Shown: positions 23,793 to 37,428, counted from the whole stretch's first letter. The stretch is 63,299 bases of DNA, filler included, from Craspedostauros australis (GCA_030167865.1; 14 parts of 14 records of this genome joined end to end with filler, not necessarily neighbours in it); one strand, 5' to 3'. Made by a program: numbers and translations. Notes: generated by a model from the letters alone, not told the origin.

Positions 23793-25590
23793 ATGAAGTT
23801 CTCCAACATCGTCCTTGCCCTTGCCTGCGTCGGATCGGCCAACGCCTTCGTTCCAGCCGCGTCGCGCACCAACAGCCCCATCGCCGTCTTCTCCACAACT
23901 GAAGATGCGACTGTCACCGAGGCTCCCGTCAAGGAGACCGCCGTCGAGACCATGACCGGCGTCATCGAGAAGCCGATGGACGTCGATATGCCGATGCAGA
24001 CCCTCGATGAGGTCATGGAGGCCGAATCCACCGTCGTCGATCGCATCATTCCGTGAGTGCAAAAGGGTTCGACAATCCGTGTGTGCTTCTCAAAGGACGT
24101 TTGCGCGCGCAAGGAGATGTGGTGGACTGCGTACAAGACCATGTTGGCGTGGGAGGTTTTGATGTCCCTTGCAAGACTCACGAATCACGCGGAAGAACGC
24201 AACAGGGCTTCTGCCGGACCAGATAAGCGCATGCTCACATAAAATCGTTTCCTCCAATCTCTGCTACGGCTCTGCTCTCACTCGTTGCTTCGGATGGTGG
24301 CCTTCGTCGCAAATCCTCAACCGACTGGTGGGATCATGCTGCGACGACCGACCTCGCCGCCCATGACACATGACGAACCAAACAACGGACGCCCTTCAAT
24401 ACTTCGCGCGCAATGCCTGTCCATTTATCGCCTGCATATGCAATTATTCCTGCGTGGCACTTGTAACAACAACAACGGTGATGGGTATGGTGACAAAACG
24501 CACACGCACGCACACTAACCATTATTTCAACATCGTCATCTCCACCACTTTATGTGAAATCGAATGGCCGATGGCTTTTCTGTCGCAAAAACCCTCATCG
24601 CCGACGCGAACTCAACTGCGCAAACTGCGTGTTTGGTACGGTTTGGCGCATGAATCCATGCGCCAATAATCCTGATTTGATTCATCACATGGCAGAGGCC
24701 GATACAACGACAAGGAGAACTCCATCGCCGTGCCATTCCTGAAGCGCCCAGTTCTTCTCGATGGAACTCACGCCGGTGACTACGGATTCGATCCGCTCGG
24801 TCTTTCGGAACAGCTGGATCTCTTCGCCATGCAGGAGGCCGAGATCCGTCACGGACGCCTTGCTATGCTCGCTGTCATCGGATGGCCCATGTCCGAGCTC
24901 ATCGCACCATCGTGGATGCTGCAGCAGAACGGATGCGCTCCATCCGTCCTCAACGGATTCAGCCCAGTCTCCTTCCTCGCTGTCGCCGGTATCTTCGCCG
25001 CCCTCGGATTCTTCGAGGTCAAGACCTCCCTGCGCACCACATGGGACACCCCCATGGGCAAGCAGCACGAGGAGGATATGTCCCTCATCTGGAAGTACGG
25101 AGTCGCCGGTGACTACAACTTCGATCCCCTCAACCTCTACGCTTCCATCGGCGACAACGCCAACGCCCGCAAGGGTCTGCGCGACGTCGAGATTGGACAC
25201 GGACGCATGGCCATGCTCGGAATCACCTACTTCGCCGCGTGGGAGGCAATCACAGCGCACCCCATCACCGAGAACAGCATCTTCTTCTCGCCCAATCCAG
25301 TCCTGCCAGCCCTCGTCGCGGCATACGCCGCATTCCGAACGCTCTACGAGGTCAAGCCAAGTGACCAGTACCTCGTGCGATTGGAGAAGACGTCGGAGGG
25401 TGATGCCATCGTCGAGAGGCTCAAGATGGAGGCCGGCAACGCCGCCGAAGCCAACAAGGATCTCGCCATCATCGCCGGCAACCTCGCCGACAAGTCTATC
25501 GATCTTGCGAAGGATGCCAAGAAGACATACGACAATTTGGGCGACAACTACCTTGAGTTCTCCACGAGAAACATCAAGGAGGGCAAGTAA
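23793..25590 (+). CDS. Light-harvesting complex (fucoxanthin-chlorophyll a/c binding) protein; exons 23793-24052 and 24696-25590
   Basis: Signal peptide + ANAFVP; AGDYGFDPLG, EAEIRHGRLAMLA, AGDYNFDPL, EIGHGRMAML; 643-bp GT-AG intron splices in frame. Confidence 0.92.
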
Positions 25591-25977
25591 ACAGCTTCGA
25601 CGTTGATAGCAATGCCGTGCAATGATCTACTCTACTCTACTACCACATAATACAATCCACCTGATCATATTCCGATACCAACGCATATAATTTTCTACTC
25701 CACTTGTACGGAAACAAACATGAAGCGACACGAAATGACACTACAATCTGCGACGTCGACATTCTTGGAACGCAACAGACAATGACGAATTGGAAAAATG
25801 ACAACCACACTGAAAATAAACATCATTTACTCTTTTGCTTTGATGCAATGTTATGTACTAATAGTATGTGTATTATATTAATATTACGCATAAGAATGAT
25901 ACGTACTTATGGAGCAGAGCACTTCCTCCTCGTGTGCGCATTCTCGACAAGCACATGACCAGCGCGCACCGCACTCG

Positions 25978-28064
25978 TCATGTCCGACTTCCTGCGACAA
26001 GCGGCGCGGCCCCAACCGCCTTTCTATCTCTCGGCACAACCCTGCCGGCCATCCGGTGCATGCGATTCTTAATGTAGGTATCCTTCGGCGATATGGGTGG
26101 GGCTTCGGCTCTTTGGTGATGTTTAGACTTGCTGATGCGATAATTGAAGAGGTTGAGAATCTTCGTCTGCACCAAGCTTGGCTCCATCTCCTCCCAGAAC
26201 CCATCCTTGCCACCTTCTTTGGCGGACGTCGTCAAGAACCGCATGGGTTCAGGCGTCGCCTTGACGGCCTCGATGAAGTTCGTGATGAACTCGTCGCGCA
26301 TCTTCAGGCTTTGGCATGCCTTGTGGTAGTTCGTCACCTGCACCTGGACCATGCTGCGGAGGCGCACATTGCCCGGCAGATTGCGGTAGCACATGCCCTT
26401 GGCGTAGATCACATCGTGCGTGGTGATGTATTCCATCGTATCCGTGAACATCGCGGGGCTTTTCTCAATCCTCTTGCGACGCTTCACCCATCGGGAGTGG
26501 TCGCGCTTGCTCGATTTGGCAGGGTCTTTGGCGTCCAACAGCGCCCTCGTTGTGATGCCGTGATCCTCCAAGTACAACGCGAACTTGATGGGGTCGCCTG
26601 TGATGACGGAGCATGGGACACGGAGGGAGTAGAATATCCAGAAAGTATAATAGTAGGGTGGCAATGCAAATGTTTTGGATCATGTCAGTGACAGGAGTTG
26701 GGTTACGGGACGTGGATAGAGCTGTACGACAACAGTAGAAGCGATAACAGAATCAAGCGACATCGCAATCGCAGCTTTCACATCTCTCGCACATGTCCAA
26801 CCAGGACATAGAACCAAGCAGAGCAGAGCAGAATAGACCGTGACAGCTGGTGTAGAGTGGAGTTGATACGTACCAATCATGACATTCATACCATGACGGG
26901 AGCTATCCATCAACCCGTACTCCATCAAGTCGGACAGCGACTTCATGTTATCGTGGTGGTACCCAAAGTACATTGCCTCGAAACGGACGGGCACAGCGTT
27001 GAAGACCTTGCAGATCTCCCAGTACCTTTCGCGATCGGTGCTGGCGAGGTTGGACTGTGCACTGTAGTTGGCGTACACGATGCCCTGTTTCTGGCACGCC
27101 GTGTGGGTCTCGACGGCGGACATTGCAAAAAACCAAAGCAGACGGCTCTGTTCGTGCGTGTATGCATGCATGCATGCATGGTGGATCGGTTGGTTGAGCC
27201 ATGTGGGTGTTCGGCACGGAAGCAAATGAAGTAAAGACATGGGTGATCAACATAGAGGTGCAACGTGTCAGCGTTTGAGTACCATACATACTAATATGCT
27301 ACCGACATACATATTCATTACCGGGCGCTCATGATACGACAATAGAACACAACACATCAACTTACATTGAACCGTTTGGGATCGGCGATGCGTCCACAGT
27401 TTTGCTCGTTGCCAGTCCCGAACAGGACTGTGCGACCATAGTTGTCGGTGAATGGCAGCGCGCGCATGAGTTCGCCATCCAGGAGCACCTCCTGCTCCGC
27501 CTCGTCAAAATCCCGGATCTCGATGCGCCTCACCAGCTTGCTGTCGCCCCACAGCAGCTTCTTCAATTCGAAGTGCCGCACCATGAGCGTCACGGCCTGC
27601 TCGGGACGATACGAAGCCGCACGCAGGAACATGAGCTGGAAGCTTCTGTCCATGCGAAAGGTGCCGTTGTAATGAAACAGCTCTTTGTACGCGGCCGTGT
27701 GCTCACCGAGGTGCGATTTGAGCCTGTGGATCATGTCCTTGATCAAGGCCTCGATGGCATCGCCGTCCTCCTCGTTGATGACGATGGCTGCAGCATCCCG
27801 CATCCTCCTGGCGGTTCTGCTGTTGCTGCTGCGTCTGTCCCTCGTCACGGCCTTCGTGTGGCGATGGTTCTGGCGTGTCCGCGAAAGCCTATTCATCGCC
27901 CGCTCCACCTCTTCCGACGATGGAAGCGCAGCGTCCGGCAGGGCGATCCTGTTGACGTCATCTTCGGGCGCAGCTTCCCAGGCACCGTCTTGAGCGTCGG
28001 CAGTCGGCCTGGAGGGAGGAGGGATGTTGACCACACTCGGGACCGGCGCGGAGTTGGCATTCAT
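25978..28064 (-). CDS. CRAL-TRIO-like plus DUF6824-like protein; exons 28064-27366, 27147-26874, 26597-25978
   Basis: FQLMFLRA..Y..AV..HFELKKLLWG and D..GRTV; QKQGIV, VPVRF; HDVIYAKG..LPGNVRLR..RFL..WEE; both introns GT-AG and frame-preserving. Confidence 0.8.
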
Positions 28065-29102
28065 TGCGGCAGCGTCGACGGAAGTGCGTAGATGGCACTC
28101 GTATTATATGTTATATGTGTACTATATGGAGAGCTCCAAAGCGGATGAATGAATGGGTGCACAGGGATGCTATTCAGACTTTATATGCGTTCCAGAGAAG
28201 CATGTACCCCCGGTTGGTAGAATTGACAGCAGGCGCGACGAAAGCGATCTCTCCACGCGCGATGAATGCTTGTGGCTGTTCAGAAGGATCTGCTAATGCC
28301 AGTAGCTGCCACTGTCTGCACCGTGTGCGTTCCTCGCGTTTGTTGATGCCTGTTGCTGTGGTTCTGCTCTTCGAGTATGATGTTTAGTACAGTTACTACT
28401 ACGTACGAGCAATGTGCGATCAATGTAGGACCTATGGGCAACTATGCTCCCGCCTGGATCTGAACCATGTTGCTTCTCCGTTGCGCTGTGCGGATCCTCC
28501 CTCTCCTTGATCGCACCCCTCGGAGTGGTGCTGCGATGAAAGAAAGGAAGCGATCTCGTTGACAACCTGTTCCGAAAAACGAATTCGCTTCACTGCGTGT
28601 GGAATCTTCGACGCGCAACAAACCAACAAGTGTCACTCAAACACGAACGAGGAACAATAACACGCCCAATTAACGGTACTTATTGCAGCGTATCCGGTCA
28701 TCGGAACTTGACTCATCCAATTGTGCCTCTCCAAGATCGTGTTAGTCAGACGATCAGATCTTCATTGTCGACTTGATCGATCAAACTGATCGAAAATGAC
28801 TCGAACTTCATCGAAGCTGAAAGAAGGTGCACAGAGCGAAGAACACAAAATGATGCACCAACAAACAAATGATCACAGACATCAAACACCCGCACAACAA
28901 ACACTCACAAAACAACCACAGAGGGTTGGTTCAGCATCACACTCACAAACAATAATACAGAACAAGAGACAGACAACTCATCGATCAATCATCTTCATCT
29001 CTTGCGAAGGATCTCCATCACATTGAAAGTAATAGAATATATCATATCATATTTTATATATATTCTCCATTATTACAGCTTATCAACGAACAACGCGCAA
29101 AC

Positions 29103-30332
29103 ATGACGACGAAGATCTGCTTCTCATTTCGTGGCAAGAAGAATGATGTGGAGCTCACGGACGATCTGACGGTTGCAGCCATCAAGGATTTGCTTGTGGA
29201 GCAACTAGCAGCAGCAGCAGCATCCACAGAAGCAGGGGCTGCACTGACAACGGCTGATATCCGCCTCGTGCTGAAGGGAAAGGTTCTGTCGAATGCAAAT
29301 GATCGCCTGCGTGAGCTGATTTGCGCAGCAGAATGTTCGCAGGCTCCCAAGAAGAGAAAATACACGTTGCTTGCGACGGCGACGTCGTCAAGCACGAAGC
29401 AACGGCTACAGCAACAGATGGAAGTCGCGAGCAAATCGAGGACGGTGCGCGATGATCTGACGACCGCGGGACAAGCCAAGGAACATCGCCGCAAAATGCA
29501 AGGACGCAGGGCGTTGCGCAACACGGCGAGAACGCCGTCATCGCCGTACGGCTTCGGTTCCATCGATGTCCTGCCCAACCTGCCGCATCAGGACACGGCA
29601 CGCGGCATCCTCACGCAGTTGGCCAACGATCCCGGCGTTCTCGCTTGCATGGCGCAGCACAAATGGAAGGTCGGTTCGTTGGCGGAGCTGTATCCCGACG
29701 GCAAGGTCGGGCAGAGCGCCGTCTGCGTCATGGGGTTGAACAAGAATCAAGGCCAGCAGATCTTGCTGCGGCTTCGCACAGACGATCTCAAGGGATTTCG
29801 CAAGATGCTGTCCATCCGCAAGGTCCTCTTTCATGAATTGGCGCACAACGTGCATTCGGAACATGATAGCAAGTTCTTTCAGCTGATGCGCCAGATCGAG
29901 AAGGAATGCAACGAGATGGATTGGACGCAGGGTTCCGGCTTGTCGGCCTTCGATGGCGGCAACATTGCAGATGATTCGCTGTCTTTCGAAGGTGGAACGT
30001 ACCGTCTGGGAAGTTCTTCTGACGTCGACAGCGGCCATCGCGCAACCTCACATTCCTCGTTTCGCTCACAGTCATCGTCGCATCGTGAATTGGCAGCAAG
30101 GGCAGCGCTGTCCAGAATGAGCGTCCAGGAAATGACGGAGATCGAAGACGGGTGCGGATGTGGACTGGAGAGGGAGGATCTGTTTCTGCCTTCCCCAGTT
30201 CCGGCAGGTGCTTTGGTGAGAGAAGCGCGCCACTATTCCATGACATCAACATCGTCTTCTGGTGACAGAGCCCATGACGGTGGCGCAAATGGTGACAACA
30301 ATGATCATGATGCCGATGCGATGGATGAATGA
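29103..30332 (+). CDS. Ubiquitin-like plus WLM (Wss1-like) metalloprotease
   Basis: N-terminal Ubl-like IRLVLKGKVL; MAQHKWKVGSLAEL, GLNKNQGQQILLRLRTD, HELAH..H zinc motif. Confidence 0.9.
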   Translation: MTTKICFSFRGKKNDVELTDDLTVAAIKDLLVEQLAAAAASTEAGAALTTADIRLVLKGKVLSNANDRLRELICAAECSQAPKKRKYTLLATATSSSTKQRLQQQMEVASKSRTVRDDLTTAGQAKEHRRKMQGRRALRNTARTPSSPYGFGSIDVLPNLPHQDTARGILTQLANDPGVLACMAQHKWKVGSLAELYPDGKVGQSAVCVMGLNKNQGQQILLRLRTDDLKGFRKMLSIRKVLFHELAHNVHSEHDSKFFQLMRQIEKECNEMDWTQGSGLSAFDGGNIADDSLSFEGGTYRLGSSSDVDSGHRATSHSSFRSQSSSHRELAARAALSRMSVQEMTEIEDGCGCGLEREDLFLPSPVPAGALVREARHYSMTSTSSSGDRAHDGGANGDNNDHDADAMDE

Positions 30333-32226
30333 TTCGTGGCGCAGATCCGGAGAATGCAGAGCAATGCCACTAGCAGCTCGTATGGATAGTGTGATGCACG
30401 ATCTATAATAGTAGCCAGAGCACGAGCCAACCTCATTCGCAGCTCACGAGTACACTCACTGTAATTGTGCAACGCTGAGACGACCAAGAAGCAGTCGTGC
30501 AGCAATGTGAAGAGAGGCAATCATCGAATGCTGTGCCAAAGCTCGTAGCTCGTAGACCTTCACCATACATAGTACGAGTGCATCATCAAGGTGTGTGTAG
30601 CTTGTATGGTAGTTGTACGAGCTATTATAGTATGCTGTCTAAAGAGACAAAACTGTCCACAACCGCCGCATCCATCCATGCTGAGTACGACTGCATTGCG
30701 AGGTGCATCACCCACACACGAGCGTTCGGAAGTTGGCTCGGCCGGATAAGGCACAGGATAAACGTTGTCGGCGGTGTGTGTGTGAATGTCGTTCCTCCGA
30801 TCAGGAAACATCATCGGATTGTTCGAGAGAGGAGACTTTTGCTTCTTCGCACGGTAGGTGTCGTTCGTTTGTGAACACCTGCTGCATCAATACTCTCGAT
30901 CTCAGCGCAGGAGACTCTTGCCCACAAGAACGTATAATAGCAAACACGTACATGCCCTGCCTGTATCATCGTTACTCCGTTGCCTCCATTTGTGCTCGCC
31001 GATAGTGAGATCATGCAAGCCTGTGTTTGTGAACTCACAAGAGCACGACGTACTGCTCGCCCCAGCCGCTGCATGGGGGTCCTTCCTGCCATGCATCCCT
31101 CTGGCCCAAAAAGGATGAACCCGGAGCTCTCAACAAAACGACAAATGATGCATTCGCTGCAGCCTTTTGCGGCGCCGTGATGCAGTAGACAGGAGAGTTC
31201 GTATCACGGTGGTACAAAGCACTTTGAATACCGCCCATTTGCATCGTTGCCGTTTGGCTCCGAACATCTCACGCTCGTGTGATGCACAGCTGGTTACCGC
31301 GCCCCTTTGCGGTCCGCTTTGTGCTTTGTGCATCACCTTGGCTGCGCTCCCATCGCCAACGAAGCAACGGCATCGTGGCGACATTGGTTGTCTCGCAAGC
31401 CAAAGGTTGTGCTGATACGAGCGCAGACCATCGCGACCATCTGCAAGCACAACGCAGAGAGAATCGAATTGTGAGGAGGTCGACAAAAACGCCACCACCG
31501 CATCCGGCACTGGCACAGGTGACGAGCCACGGCATTGAAATTTGGTGCGTGACCTTCCGTCTTCCCTTTTTTGTCTTGGCGCAAAGTCACAAACACTGAA
31601 TGTCGCGGATACGGTTACTTCGCAGCATTCTGAGAAGCACGAACAAGCACAAAACCATGTCCAGCAACACAGATTGCAGCGGATGATGCCACCTGATCGT
31701 GATTTTGGTAAGATTCTCTTCGCACAAACACACGCCTTGCATGACCATAGGAAAATCAAATTAAGTGTTGAATACCAACTTCCCCCGAAGAAAGGTCCGG
31801 ATGAACGCCGTATAAATGCTCCATGTGTTGTTGCGGTCATACTAAATGTCATTGGATGACCACATTGAGCAACATCTATGACAAATTCAAGCATGGCGAA
31901 CTCCAAAACTTTCGCCGCAACGCACAAACTTCGCGTACAGTACTCATGGAACGAAAGGTGAAGCGAAATACAGAAGCGAAAAGCCCGTGTGTTATCACGC
32001 GAACAACGTGAGGCAATGTACACGAAGATCACTGCTGTAGCCACCTCTTGCGATGTTTGGAGCGATTCCACCGTTGTGCGCGCGTTTGTGCATGTGCGTT
32101 GCGTGATGTCGATGACTTGCCACACGATCAATCTCATAAAACGCAAACCAGCAGACTTGACAACGCCACCGATCTCATATCCATATCCATACCCATACCA
32201 ACCAGAACAGCACAACTCCTGCAACC

Positions 32227-32946
32227 ATGAAGTCCACCATCATCGCCACGACAGTCGCCACCACCGCCGTGCTCCTCGGTTCCTTCGCCGGCGCCTCCAT
32301 CCCACGAGGCGGACTGCGCAGCTCCAGATCCCATGCCAACAGCAAGGCGAGCATCGCACCACAGGCAGCAGCTGCATCCGCCTCGACGTCCAAGCCAGTC
32401 ACGACGTCGCGCCTCAACTCCCTCGAATCCGCCTTCGTCATCCACGAGGACATCCAGATGGTGACGACGCAGCCAGCCCACGTCACATCGCGCGGCCGCC
32501 TTTCCATCGAGGGCGATCACTCGTCGCTGCATGCTTCGCACTCGCTGCGCATCGACGGCCTCCTCTACTTCGAACCAGGTGACAACCTCCGAAGGCAGGC
32601 ACCCATCACGGTGCAGGACGAGCTCATCATCAACCCCGCCACGGCCCGCATCTCCATCGAGGCCTCCAGCTACCACGGCGCCACAGGCGTCTTCGAATTG
32701 ATCCACTTCGAGAATGGTCACGTCGGCGAGTTCCGGGCGTCCAGCATCATCATTCTGGGTCTCGAGGAGTCCCTGGCCGCCGAAGTCATCTGCACCGAAT
32801 CCAGTCTGTCCCTCACCATTCATCCCAATCCCAAGTACAGTTCATCGGCGTCGTCGCAGCAGCAGAAGCAAGCCGATGACAACGAGGCCTTCATGTTTGC
32901 GGAATCGTCGGAGCAGGACACGCACGTGCGATTCTACAGCATCTGA
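32227..32946 (+). CDS. Secreted hypothetical protein with beta-strand-rich domain
   Basis: Signal peptide MKSTIIATTVATTAVLLGSFAGA; strong codon bias; no intron needed. Confidence 0.75.
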   Translation: MKSTIIATTVATTAVLLGSFAGASIPRGGLRSSRSHANSKASIAPQAAAASASTSKPVTTSRLNSLESAFVIHEDIQMVTTQPAHVTSRGRLSIEGDHSSLHASHSLRIDGLLYFEPGDNLRRQAPITVQDELIINPATARISIEASSYHGATGVFELIHFENGHVGEFRASSIIILGLEESLAAEVICTESSLSLTIHPNPKYSSSASSQQQKQADDNEAFMFAESSEQDTHVRFYSI

Positions 32947-33984
32947 AGAAGAGGAGGAGAGGGTGAAGCATGATCCGCAACATGGGAGTGAACGACATCA
33001 TTGTCAAGGACATGCAAGCTACAATTAGCAAGCTGGCAAACGGCGCAGAACAACGGCAGCACATAGCACACATCATATAAATAGAAATAAACGCACAAAC
33101 CTACAACACAATACAATATCATAGACAGAGCGCAACAAGCAATATCGTCGTATCAAAATCCACCGTGGTTGCACACACGCATCATGCTGCATGATAGCTC
33201 AACCAGAGAGCACACCACCTCATTGCGATTCCGATCCTCTGCAAAAGCAACTATTGTCGGAGCAGATCAAAAGGACACTGAACCACCAAAGTGGGCATCT
33301 CTACCAGTCCTACACAGCTCATACTTTTGTTTGCACGACGTAACCGGAGTGAGTGGCCTTCATTCTCGTCGTCGTCGTCGTCGTCTCTCTCTCTCTTCAA
33401 GCCATCCTCCCACAACCTTGGGTTCAGCGTGACTACTCTCTAGATTCCCATGCGTCTACAACTATCATTTTGGCGCGAACGAAACAACACGATCAAACTT
33501 GGACTAGTACGACCATTTTTTCTGTGTTTCTCACGCTTGCACACACGAACGAACCAAATGGAAGACAACCACAAAATGCGAAAGGCGGTCACAAAGAAAC
33601 AGATTCGTGTGTGGATGTGTGGCAGTTGGCAAAGATCCATTTCATTTCATTACATGTCATTCCAAACCAAACCCATCGAAGGCAACGCGAACGATAGCAT
33701 CGATTGGAGAACAGTATATTCTGCTATATTCGACCATTGCAATCAGAGACGAAGTCCATTCCTCTATATCGATCGTATAATAGTATAATACATTGATTAA
33801 GTGTGCTCTGGCCTGAATGAGCCAGTGCAGTCGGAGACATATTCACAAGAAAGATCAAACCAAAGCGCCTTCGTCATCACCATTGTCAAGTGCATCATTG
33901 TCAAGTGCATCATTGTCAAGTGCATCATTCTCAAGCGCATCAATACTCACAAGGACAACAAGGACAACAAGGACAACCAAAACA

Positions 33985-35695
33985 ATGACGGACCAAGACC
34001 TGGTGCGCAACCCCTTCGAGGACGTCAGCGACGGCGAAGAGGCCGGCTTCCGCGATAACGACAATGACATGGCGCCGCTCGTCGCCTCCACAACGCGGCG
34101 CAGCAATCTGGAGATTGAACCGGCTCTGCGCGGCCGCAAGAACGACGCCAACGACGATGATGTGCGCGCACGATTGGATCGCTTGTCGCGACGACGGCGG
34201 ACGGATGCATCATCATCGTGCAGCAACGCCAAGTGGTCGACCGTGCTTCTCGTCGTCGCCATCGTTCTCATTCCGTTCTTGATTGGTCAGTTCGGTTCTG
34301 GCGGTGGTGGTGGCGGTAGGAATAGCAATGGTGCTGGCGGCAGAGGCAGCGGTGTCAGTCCGAATGCTAACCAAGCCGGAAACACGAAACTTCCCACGTT
34401 GAGTCCGACGCGTGGCCCCACGCTTAGTCCGACGCGTGGTCCCACGTTGATTCCGACGCGTGGTCCCACGTTGACTCCGACGCGTGGTCCCACGCCGAGT
34501 CCCGTGCAGGATCCGGAGGCGTCCTCCACACCCACGACATTGCCGCCAACGTCCTCCACACCCACGGCATCGACGCCAACGCCATCCGCGCCGACCGCCA
34601 ATTCTGCCATCAGCAGTGACAGCGACGACGAGGACCTGTCCGCATGCGAAAAGAAGCAATTCAACATGACCATCGACGCGTTCTACCAGCCCTTCAATAC
34701 CACACCCGACATCAAATCCTGCGTCGTGGAAGACGAAGCTTGCAAATGCGTCAATCCAACCGTCGGTGCCAGGCGTTCCAACACAGACAAGTATCCCAAC
34801 GACAAGGAGGATTGGAAGGACGCATTCAAGGCCATGAAGAAAGTTGCGAAGCAGGCCAAGGCGGACTTCGGAACGGTCGATGTTGTTCTCGTTGGGGATT
34901 CCATCACGGAAGCGTGGCTGGGGACGGGCATGAACAAAACGAAAACGAAGTATGCCGAACATGCCGAGATCTTTCAAGAATTGTTCACGAAGGCGGGCGG
35001 CAGCGAGATCAATGGCGTGCCGTTGGGTATTTCCGGCGATACGGTGAGTGGTATTGTTCTACTCTATTTCCTGGTTGGTTGACGACGCAGCGTTCCGTGT
35101 GTTGTGTTCGGTATGAACACTTTGATAACCTTACGTCATGGTCCGAGTATGCACCCATCTGCATCATCGTTCAATCCTGATTGCTCACATTGCTACTCGT
35201 CGCGACGACAAACACAATATATCTGCTACACACGCATACGTACACGCGCACACTCGAACATCCGCACAGTGCGCCAACGTCATGTACAGATTGACGCACA
35301 ACCAATTGCAAAAGCTCAAAACGAAAGTATTCTGGCTCCTTATCGGCACCAACGACTTCAGCGCCCTCCAATGCTCGTCGGATGCCGTCACGGCCGGCAA
35401 CATCGCCATCGTGCAACAACTGCAAAAGCTGCGACCCAAAGCGCGTGTCGTCATCAACTCCATCTTGCCACGCGACTCCGCCTACATGGACCTCATTCGT
35501 CAAACGAACAAGCGCTTGAATTGCTACGCCCAACAGACGGAAAATGTGGATTACTTCGATGCGACCAGTATCTTCTACGATGACGCAAAGGAGGAGTTGC
35601 AGCATCTGCCAGATGAACTGCATCCCGACGCGGAGGGAGCCCGTGCCTGGGGCAAGCAGATCGTGCAGCGTGTGGAAGAGATCCTCAAGGAATGA
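33985..35695 (+). CDS. Membrane-anchored SGNH/GDSL hydrolase (PAF-acetylhydrolase-IB-like); exons 33985-35043 and 35270-35695
   Basis: GDSITE, GISGD, IGTND, INSILPR, DELHP blocks; one TM segment, Pro/Thr stalk; phase-0 GT-AG intron. Confidence 0.9.
34393..34500 (+). repeat. 24-bp coding tandem repeat (PTLxPTRG)
   Basis: CCCACGTTGANTCCGACGCGTGGT-like unit x4 plus a partial unit. Confidence 0.9.
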
Positions 35696-36906
35696 TGTCA
35701 ACACAATGTCGTAAGTATCGTAATTGTAATGAATCGCTCACAAAATATAACACAACCGTCGCCACTGTTTTCACATGTCAAGAGCAAGAGCAAGAGAGAG
35801 AGAGAGTGTGAATCGGCGCAACGGATAACCTTCCAGATTCCTACATGGCAACCTGTTCCCAAACGCGGAACGAGCATTGGCCTGTCGCGTCTTGTTTCTC
35901 CACGATTGTTCGCCTGGTCATTTCACGGCGAAATCGCAATCCCATTTCTCCGTTCAACCTGTGAACACCAAAATCACATCTGTGAAAGCCACATTTCATC
36001 TCATAAGAGCCCATTCAGTCACAAACCAACGAGTCGCGGGGGGAGCAGTCTACATGCGTTTTCAGGTTATTGCAGAATATTATGNNNNNNNNNNNNNNNN
36101 NNNNNNNNNNNNNNNNNNNNNNNNNNNNTTAATTAATTAANNNNNNNNNNNNNNNNNNNNNNNNNNNNNNNNNNNNNNNNNNNNCTATTCCATCTTGAGC
36201 AGACGATCAGCGCCAAGACACGTTTTGAAATTGCAACGGCGATCCTTGTCGCTCATCATCGCTTCCGAGGGATGGCGAAATGCAGTGCTTGCGAAAGTGC
36301 TTCGTCCTGTGACAGCTTTTGGTGGAGTCAAGCGGAGCACTCGTGTGCATGGCAAAGGATCCATTACGATCACGGTTCAACTCCCTGCCTTCGTCGTTCC
36401 GTCCATCTTTTGGCGGACAGCATCGATTTCATTTTCGCGATCTTTGTTGTTGAAACCTCAACGGCAACGTCCGGACACATTCGGCTTCCAGGCGTTATGG
36501 TCGACGATGCCGTTGCACTGCGTGTGCAACACATTATCGACATCCATGACCAGAAAGATCAAATGCTTGTGAATCGATCAAAAATTGAGCAAGTCCCGTA
36601 CGCCAACACCAACGTCAACCTCCATTCCTTGTCTTTGTACGGATATTTACATTGCCACAGTACTAAATAGTACTCGTCATCGCATCCCAACATGATATAA
36701 TAACACAGGAGGTGGTTGCATACGGAAGAACAAGCAGAGACACACAGGCGAATCCTTTTTCACAACCGCACCGATTAGAGTGATGCCCCCAGCCACTTCC
36801 GACACTCTCCGGCAAACGAGTCTGCTCTGCTCATAAAATCAATCAAAGCCGATCCTGAACATCGCCAACACCAATAAAACCAACAAACACGACATACACA
36901 GCAAGA

Positions 36907-37428
36907 ATGAAGTACTTCGCCACCATCCTTTCTCTCGTCGCGGCTGCTGCCATCGGCGCCACCGCTCAAGTCGAAGACATCCAAGTCGCCCGCCGTGTCA
37001 AGGGGGGTGAACGCCGCGTCGAGGAGACGAAGGCATTCAAGGCTGGATCAGGCTCAGGAAACGGCATCGCTGGATCCTACTTTGCCGAGTACCAGGTGCT
37101 GCTCGACTTTGGCTTGGCCGATGCTGCCCTGTACCAAACATTCGTGGCAACCGAAAACCCGACGCTTTACAGATGGGCCCAGTGCTTCTCCACCGACGGA
37201 GGAAACACATTTACCAACACCCACACCGGCTCCGCTGTCTGGATGCGCGGAGGAGAATACCGCGTCAACGCGATCGAGACCGAGTTCGACGATGGCTTTG
37301 CTTTTGCTGTCACCGAGGCTGGCATGGGCCTCCGTTTGACACTGCTCTCATTCTTCAATGGAGCAGCATTCACTACCTTGGCATCGCCAACAACCACCCC
37401 ACTTGGAGCCGACGCATGCCCAATGTAG
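36907..37428 (+). CDS. Small secreted hypothetical protein
   Basis: Signal peptide MKYFATILSLVAAAAIGATA, RRV motifs, strong codon bias. Confidence 0.8.
   Translation: MKYFATILSLVAAAAIGATAQVEDIQVARRVKGGERRVEETKAFKAGSGSGNGIAGSYFAEYQVLLDFGLADAALYQTFVATENPTLYRWAQCFSTDGGNTFTNTHTGSAVWMRGGEYRVNAIETEFDDGFAFAVTEAGMGLRLTLLSFFNGAAFTTLASPTTTPLGADACPM

Noticed and set aside
31130..32224. 364-aa minus-strand ORF
   Set aside because: Cys/Arg/Ser-rich with no motif or codon bias; overlaps the upstream region of the 32227 gene
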